From Candidatus Krumholzibacteriota bacterium (lineage in GTDB: Bacteria; Krumholzibacteriota; Krumholzibacteriia; JAJRXK01): DNA of 64,000 nucleotides. A program made the translations under genes and the position numbers. This document shows positions 60,194-64,000 of this stretch, in pieces. The notes under the pieces were generated by a model. It had not been told where the DNA came from and did not search any database. It saw only the letters and a program-made list of their open reading frames with translations. The stretch is from assembly GCA_963806035.1 (NCBI GenBank), contig CAWDWO010000011.1, forward strand, positions 52,899 to 116,898. Direction: 5' to 3'. Every line of letters begins with the position of its first letter. Position 1 is the first letter of the stretch.

Positions 60194-60240
60194 GCAAGGT
60201 CTACGAGCCCGGGTTCATCCCCGGGCAAGGGTCGAGAATG

Positions 60241-60328
60241 TGGCGGAGAGAGTGGGATTCGAACCCACGGTACCTCTCGGTACACACGATTTCCAGTCGT
60301 GCCGATTCAGCCGCTCTCGCATCTCTCC
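60241..60328 (-). tRNA. tRNA-Ser(GGA)
   Basis: Cloverleaf with long variable arm, anticodon arm CACGA-CU-GGA-AA-UCGUG, G discriminator + CCA. Confidence 0.96.
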
Positions 60329-60366
60329 TGAAAGGGCCGGGGGGATGCTCCCCTTCCGGCCGTAAG

Positions 60367-60394
60367 ATGATAGTGACTCGTCCTCCATTTTCAA
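60367..60394 (-). promoter_or_regulatory. Putative promoter of the tRNA-Ser pair
   Basis: TTGAAA-16 bp-TATCAT. Confidence 0.55.
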
Positions 60395-60406
60395 GGAGCA
60401 GAGGGC

Positions 60407-60904
60407 TCAATCGCGCAGCTTGCGATAGAACTCACTGAGCAGGGCCTGGCTCTCTTGGGCAAGGCATCCGTCCAGGAGCAGCATTTCGTGCTGGTAGGGA
60501 TTGGCCTGCAGCAGGTCCAGACGGGAGCCGCACGCCCCGGCGCGGGGGTCTCGCAAGCCGTAGACCAAACGGCGAATGCGGGAGAGGAGCAGGCTGCCCG
60601 TGCACATGATGCAGGGCTCCATGTTCACGTAGAGCGTGGCTCCGTTCAGGCGCCAATCCCCCAGAGTGGTCGCGGCTGCTCCGATGGCCAGGATCTCCGC
60701 GTGGGCCGTCGCGTCGCCCAACGCCTCCACCCGATTGTGGCCGCGTCCCACCACGCGCCCGTCCTGCACGACCACCGCCCCCACCGGGGTCTCGTCCTCT
60801 TCGAGCGCCGCCGCGGCCTCCAGCAAAGCCAGACGCATGAAGCGCTCGTCGGTCGAGCGCGAGTTGGCGAACTCGAACTCAGGGCCGCCGTCGAGGGGGC
60901 TCAT
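60407..60904 (-). CDS. tadA: tRNA adenosine(34) deaminase
   Basis: ETPVGAVVV, DATAHAE, EPCIMC; ATG 60904 overlapping the upstream stop. Confidence 0.93.
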   Translation of the reverse strand: MSPLDGGPEFEFANSRSTDERFMRLALLEAAAALEEDETPVGAVVVQDGRVVGRGHNRVEALGDATAHAEILAIGAAATTLGDWRLNGATLYVNMEPCIMCTGSLLLSRIRRLVYGLRDPRAGACGSRLDLLQANPYQHEMLLLDGCLAQESQALLSEFYRKLRD

Positions 60905-62970
60905 GGCCGCACGAGTTCGCGCAGAACCACGTTGCCCGCCGCGTCGACCGCGCGCAGCCAGATTCTCGCGGAGTCCGCGAGACATTCCGCGCTCAAACGC
61001 AGGCGGAAACTCTCGTCTGGACCATCGAGAACCTCGTCGGCGGGTTTCACGGGAATCCACTCGCCCTTCCCGCACTTCACCGAGAGCGCGGTCAAAGGCG
61101 AAAGTTCATCCTTCACTTCACCCTCGATGAGCGGCTCGCCCTTCGTTTCCCACTTCAGCTGCCGAAAGACCGGCGGGGTGTTGTCGACGGTGACGAGCGC
61201 GCTGAGCTGTTCACTGCTCAGAGCCGAGTCGGGGTCATTATCCAGCCCGTCATCGGCGCGCACGCGCACCCGATAGGCTCCGTCCTCGAAGGCGCGCGTA
61301 TCCCAGGCGTACACGGGCGCCGTCAGCTCCTTGGCGAGGGTATACCAGCTCTTCGAGCCCTGCCTTTGCACCTCCACGCTGAATCTGAGTTCATCGGAAT
61401 TGGGGTCTTCCGCTTTCCAGCGAATGCTGCGCAGCCCGCGCGCCCAGGTGCTCGTTTCCGGCGCCGCTTGCTGCCTCCCCTGGTACATGGAGTACTCCAC
61501 CTGGAGTCCGTCGTCGAACTGCTGACTCACCGGAGATGGAGGGCTGCTGTTGGCCCCTCCCGCGTACAGAGTGGCTTCGGCAGGCTCGACCCTGACCTCC
61601 TGCAGTTGCGGAGCGAGGTTCCTCTCGCGCCAGCTCACCCGCGCGCTGCTTACCCGCGCGAAGGACTTTCCCCCGTCCAACTCCAGTCGGTACTGCAGGT
61701 AGGGAGCGAGCGGCGCTTCGATTTTTTCTCCGACGGGCTGCGCATCGCTCCAGTGGCTCCAGCTCGCATCGGGTTCCTTGCGAATCCCGCTGCGAGTTTT
61801 GACTTCTACCTTCCCGCCCTCGCTCTCGACCTGGAGGCGCCCCCAGGCAATGGCGCCCGCGGTGTCGATGACGGGAGAAGTGAATTGTCCGGTCGCCGCG
61901 GCCGCCGGCTTCAGATGAAACACACTGCCCGGATTCCCGGTCCCGATCTCGAGACCGCCATTTGCGGAGACGAGAATCGAAAGAGGATCCCCTCCCTCGA
62001 GATCACCCCACATGGTGCCCCGGGCACGCAGAGGCTCGATGTGATGGAGTCGTCCCGTCTCGGCTTCGCCCGCCACCAAGCTACCGTCGGGCATGCGAGC
62101 CAGACTCAAGAGACGGCGATCCACCGAGTACACTTCCACCCTTCCTCCATTGGCGGGAAGCCACAGAATCCGGCTGTGGTCGGCGGAATTCTGACCCGAG
62201 CTGGAGGCCTGTTTCGAGGCCTCGAGGAGCAAGAGGTACACTCCCTGCGCGCCGTCGCTCACCGTGCTGCGGATCTCCCCCTGAGGAGCCTCGAACACGA
62301 GTCGCGGCGGATTTGCTTCGTTGCCCTCCACTCGATACAGAAGCGCGGGGGCGTGCGTGGTCATCCAGAAGCCGGAGGCATCCTTGACGATGGCAACCAG
62401 GTTCGCGGCGGGAAATGCGTGGATCAACTCACCCTTGGTCTGTCCGTTCTTCAAACGCAGGAGGTGCGCCTCCGGTCCGGTTCCCGCCAGATAACTGCCC
62501 GGCTCTCTGCCTTCGGCCAAACACCAGATCGTCTGTTGGCCGGACTCCAGGACGACGCTCGCCGAACCGTCGTCGGCGATGCGGTAGACCGTGCCGTCGG
62601 GCGCGGTGCCGGCGAGAACCGTCTTCTGGCTGCTGAGCAGCGCCATCACCTCCAGACCCAGCGAAGGCGACCAGGGCTTCAACGCGTCGCCCTCCTGGCG
62701 GTAGACCACTCCCGAGTTGCCCGTGCCCGCCAGGAGCCGACCCTGCGCATCGTGAGCGAGACACCAAACATAGTCGGCGTCGGTCTTCCATTCCTGGCTC
62801 TGCATGGGCGCGGGAGAGAGCCGGCCCTCCGCGTCCAGTCCCAGTCCCTTCATCTCCCCTTTCAAGAACTCGCTCCCGCGGTGAACCACCTGTCGCGTAC
62901 CCGCCGCGAAGCTGGCGGCGGAATACAAAAGCAGGAGAGATGTCAGAATGGAAAAGGCGAAGCGCCGCAT
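60901..62970 (-). CDS. Secreted beta-propeller + Ig/Fn3-like protein of unknown function
   Basis: Signal peptide; repeated blades (YVWCLA..GRLLAGTG, VLAGTAPDG.VYRI, IGTGNPG.VF); C-terminal WKAEDPNSDEL...WDT...DGAYRVRV.ADD...VDNTPP. Confidence 0.8.
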   Translation of the reverse strand: MRRFAFSILTSLLLLYSAASFAAGTRQVVHRGSEFLKGEMKGLGLDAEGRLSPAPMQSQEWKTDADYVWCLAHDAQGRLLAGTGNSGVVYRQEGDALKPWSPSLGLEVMALLSSQKTVLAGTAPDGTVYRIADDGSASVVLESGQQTIWCLAEGREPGSYLAGTGPEAHLLRLKNGQTKGELIHAFPAANLVAIVKDASGFWMTTHAPALLYRVEGNEANPPRLVFEAPQGEIRSTVSDGAQGVYLLLLEASKQASSSGQNSADHSRILWLPANGGRVEVYSVDRRLLSLARMPDGSLVAGEAETGRLHHIEPLRARGTMWGDLEGGDPLSILVSANGGLEIGTGNPGSVFHLKPAAAATGQFTSPVIDTAGAIAWGRLQVESEGGKVEVKTRSGIRKEPDASWSHWSDAQPVGEKIEAPLAPYLQYRLELDGGKSFARVSSARVSWRERNLAPQLQEVRVEPAEATLYAGGANSSPPSPVSQQFDDGLQVEYSMYQGRQQAAPETSTWARGLRSIRWKAEDPNSDELRFSVEVQRQGSKSWYTLAKELTAPVYAWDTRAFEDGAYRVRVRADDGLDNDPDSALSSEQLSALVTVDNTPPVFRQLKWETKGEPLIEGEVKDELSPLTALSVKCGKGEWIPVKPADEVLDGPDESFRLRLSAECLADSARIWLRAVDAAGNVVLRELVRP

Positions 62971-62992
62971 GAATGTCTCCTAGGGTTTTCGT

Positions 62993-63750
62993 TCACTGAT
63001 TCCCGGAAGAGTCGTTTTCCTCTTGGGTGTGCTCGGGATTGGCAATGATCAAAGGAAACACGATGTCGCCGGAGATCACCCACTCGGTTTCCTTCTCTCG
63101 GCTCGAGATCACTGCCGCCTTCACCCCTTCGTCCGCCTGGCTGCCCGGGGACTCCTGCATCAACTTCTGTACACTTCCGGGCAAGTTTTCCCACTCTCTC
63201 CCCTGCACCACCGCGGAAGACGGACGCCCGTAAAGAACCGCCACCAGAGTGCTGGCCGGCCGCCGCTTTGCGAAGGCCTCCCGAATGGGACGCAAACCGG
63301 GATAACTCCATCGCTCTTCGGCGCGACTCAGTTCAGTGGCGAAGGCGGTGGTCCCATCGCTGATGTGCAGTACGTACTTGCCCTCGGGGAGATCCGCGGG
63401 AAGCGGCATGGAGAACTTCTCCCACTGCGCCTTCGAGCGATAGGGCAAGAGTTCCACTTCGAAGCTCAGAGTGTCCCCCGGTTTGGGTCGCGCCGGTCGC
63501 ACGCGCACACGACCCAGACTGGTCGACTGCCTGCCCCGCCGGAGTGTGAGCGAAACTCTTGCTTTCTCGACGCGCACGGAGTGCCCCGGATTGAAGGTGA
63601 GCAAGTTCAGCGGCAGCATTAGCTCTTTCGCCAGCTCACCGCCGGTTTCCAGTCCGGTCACCGCGGCCTCGCTCACAAGCGGGTACTCTCCTTGGATATC
63701 CAGCTCGATCTTCATCTGCGCCGTGTTCAAGGTGGAGATGTCGTCGATCT
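62993..63750 (-). CDS. C-terminal part of a protein resembling SpoIVB/S55-peptidase-associated proteins (5' part missing)
   Basis: NLLTFNP..VRVEK...PGDTLSFEVELLPYR...LPADLPEGKYVLHISDG...ENLPGSV. Family and pairing with the propeller gene are recalled; the peptidase domain itself is not seen. Confidence 0.5.
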
Positions 63751-63754
63751 TGCG

Positions 63755-64000
63755 CGCGGATCCACTGGGTAGCGCACCGACCCGCCGGCATCGCGGGATC
63801 GCGGTGACGGAAGGTCGCGCGCCTGGAAGGGCGAGGCGGCGCATGTCCTCGTGCTTGATCTTCCAGCTGCCGGACATCTGCTCGACGAGCGGCTTGCAGT
63901 TCATCCGCACGAGCACGTCGGCGCCCTGCTCGATGGCGTGCCGCCTCGAGCCCGGCGACGAGGCCGGCGGTACTCGGCGACGTTGTTGGAGACCTTGCCG
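63755..64000 (-). other. Indel-rich fragment of an actinobacterial-type RNase HI gene (likely chimeric contig end)
   Basis: Across frames reads GKVSNNVAEY.GLVAGLEA..IEQGADVLVRM..K.LVEQMSG.WKIKHEDMRRLAL.ARDL...GSVRY.WI. Confidence 0.75.

Noticed and set aside
60104..60328. Long-variable-arm tRNAs as tRNA-Sec
   Set aside because: Anticodons are CGA and GGA with standard 7-bp acceptor stems; both are tRNA-Ser.
59512..60328. Integrative element at the tRNA genes
   Set aside because: No integrase and no duplicated tRNA 3' end is seen; the flanks are core genes.

Overview
High-GC (roughly 60-65% by eye) bacterial chromosome segment. Almost every gene is on the minus strand, many joined by ATGA/GTGA overlaps. 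Only three convincing genes lie on the plus strand: a TonB-C protein, a DUF6077-like membrane protein and an Smr-domain protein. Gene content (T9SS-type C-terminal sorting domain protein, DUF2723, YfhO, mglAB, spoVG, DUF2914, selA) suggests an FCB-group candidate lineage such as Krumholzibacteriota, Latescibacterota or Eisenbacteria; this is inference only. Blocks from left to right: (1) a 17-kb envelope/protein glycosylation cluster containing a PorZ-like beta-propeller; (2) nusB, the riboflavin operon, ftsY and smc; (3) a pseudo-ATPase-TM-SPOR gene, selA, tonB, an LpoA-like lipoprotein, gamma-CA, DUF151, DUF2914, a foldase, manC and manB; (4) rplI-rpsR-rpsF with a recognisable S6:S18 leader, hppA, pth-rplY-prs-spoVG-ispE; (5) DUF362, a UbiA phosphoribosyltransferase, wcaJ and a GT4, directly downstream of pgpA-cinA-thpR-recA-recX; (6) mglAB, recR-ybaB-dnaX, SRP RNA, three tRNAs, tadA, and a propeller/S55-associated gene pair. 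Five genes carry single-base frameshifts in G/C homopolymers, most likely long-read errors. The last ~250 bp switch abruptly to a noisy actinobacterial-type RNase HI sequence, most likely a chimeric contig end. No mobile element, CRISPR array or prophage is seen. Best system-level candidate: a lipid-linked protein O-mannosylation/surface-glycan pathway (manB, manC, polyprenol-P-Man synthase, TMEM260/DUF2723, YfhO, DUF6077) coupled to a PorZ-like T9SS protein. Several apparent pseudoenzymes also stand out (PGT, BY-kinase/ParA-like, DUF362, Smr). All family assignments come from motif recognition by eye; no database searches were run.
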